A DNA stretch of 36,512 bases from a virus (lineage: Duplodnaviria; Caudoviricetes): positions 1-36,512 of IMG/VR virus record IMGVR_UViG_3300037195_000603; one strand, 5' to 3'. How positions within the stretch are numbered: position 1 is the first letter of the stretch; each line of letters starts with the position of its first letter. Positions 35,715-36,512 of this stretch are shown piece after piece. Below the pieces are notes generated by a model that saw only the letters and a program-made list of their open reading frames with translations, did no database searches and had not been told where the DNA came from. The translations under genes were made by a program, and so were the position numbers.

Positions 35715-36494
35715 ATGTCATATCAATGGGCTGCGGCTGATGAAATTACGGCTGCACGATTATTAAGAACAGGAAAAAGTATTCACTCCTGTACATCAGG
35801 TGAGGCTATTGATGCTTCATCTACTCCTATTGCTGTCTTCTTTGATTCAGCAGATAACTCAGAAGCTAAGATTGCTGACTCTGGAGCGGATGCAACAGCC
35901 ATCTTCCATGGTTTTGTAGATGGCGCACAAAATGTAGGAGACAACGTGGCAGTATTTGTAAACACAGGGCAGTTTGTAGATGGTTTCTCAGGACTTACTG
36001 CTGGTGATGATATTTATCTTTCAACATCAGGAGCCATAGCAAATACAGCAGGTACAGTGGAACTTCCTATTGGTCAGGCTATTTCAACTACAGAAATTTG
36101 GGTGCCACCAACCAGGAAGATTGCTCAGGGACAAGGAACACGAACTTCTGGAGAGGGTGCTGGAAACGAAACGATCACACATAATCTGGGTGTTCTTCCA
36201 AGATTGATTAAAATAGTATTTACAGCATATCGCTCGTCTAGTCAGGCTGCCATGACAACTGGTGTAGGAACAGCTAATGGCCCAGCAAGTGAAAGCTGTA
36301 TATGGAATAAAGAAGATAAATTTCAAATAAATCCTTTGGGACAAACAGCAGGCCAAATTATTCACACTGAATTTTCAAATGGAACTGCTGCATGGGAGGC
36401 GACAGTATCATCAATCACACCAACGACTGTTGTAATAAACTTCGGCACGGCTAGTGATCATACTCTATATTATCAATATGAAATCCACGGATAA
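35715..36494 (+). CDS. Putative tail fibre / receptor-binding protein
   Basis: FSGLTAGDDIYLSTSGAI (cement-like module) and ITHNLGVLPRLI fibre motif. Confidence 0.6.
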   Translation: MSYQWAAADEITAARLLRTGKSIHSCTSGEAIDASSTPIAVFFDSADNSEAKIADSGADATAIFHGFVDGAQNVGDNVAVFVNTGQFVDGFSGLTAGDDIYLSTSGAIANTAGTVELPIGQAISTTEIWVPPTRKIAQGQGTRTSGEGAGNETITHNLGVLPRLIKIVFTAYRSSSQAAMTTGVGTANGPASESCIWNKEDKFQINPLGQTAGQIIHTEFSNGTAAWEATVSSITPTTVVINFGTASDHTLYYQYEIHG

Positions 36495-36503
36495 AAAAGT
36501 GAA

Positions 36504-36512
36504 TATCAAAGG
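36504..36512 (+). repeat. 9-nt terminal direct repeat of 1-9 (circular overlap)
   Basis: TATCAAAGG at both ends. Confidence 0.75.

Noticed and set aside
35715-36494. Diversity-generating retroelement targeting the fibre genes
   Set aside because: No reverse transcriptase and no ~100-nt near-identical TR/VR pair seen.
1-36512. Stop-codon reassignment (code 25, 4 or 15), suggested by a few in-frame stops at ~4025, 11039 and 11857
   Set aside because: Long conserved genes are intact in code 11. TGA ends many genes in ATGA overlaps and TAG ends the SSB right after DIPF. The interrupting stops are of three different types.

Overview
The window looks like a complete, circularly permuted 36.5 kb tailed phage genome (HK97-type head, siphovirus-like non-contractile tail) in standard code 11. 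The last 9 nt repeat the first 9 nt, and joining the ends restores one continuous gene. Layout: lysis genes (444-1513); a minus-strand operon resembling a sulfation pathway (APS kinase, SAM methyltransferase, sulfotransferase, HIGH-motif nucleotidyltransferase; 1841-4897); a divergent control region with a DnaA box, sigma70 promoter and RHH regulator; small early genes including an SSB-like protein; a structured GC-rich RNA-like element; a ~8.7 kb glycan-synthesis block (UDP-sugar dehydrogenase, epimerase, deacetylase, several glycosyltransferases, methyltransferase); then ParB-DNA methylase, terminase, a collagen/repeat fibre, portal-gpF fusion, protease, capsid and tail genes. I could not recognise an integrase, DNA polymerase, primase or helicase. 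Mostly SD-less starts and a motif in the endolysin suggest a Patescibacteria (CPR) host, which is an inference. The most notable items are the combined glycosylation and sulfation machinery, a DUF2292-like micro-protein followed by a candidate terminator/antiterminator switch in front of the portal gene, and two structured non-coding elements. All calls come from motif recognition by eye, with no database searches.
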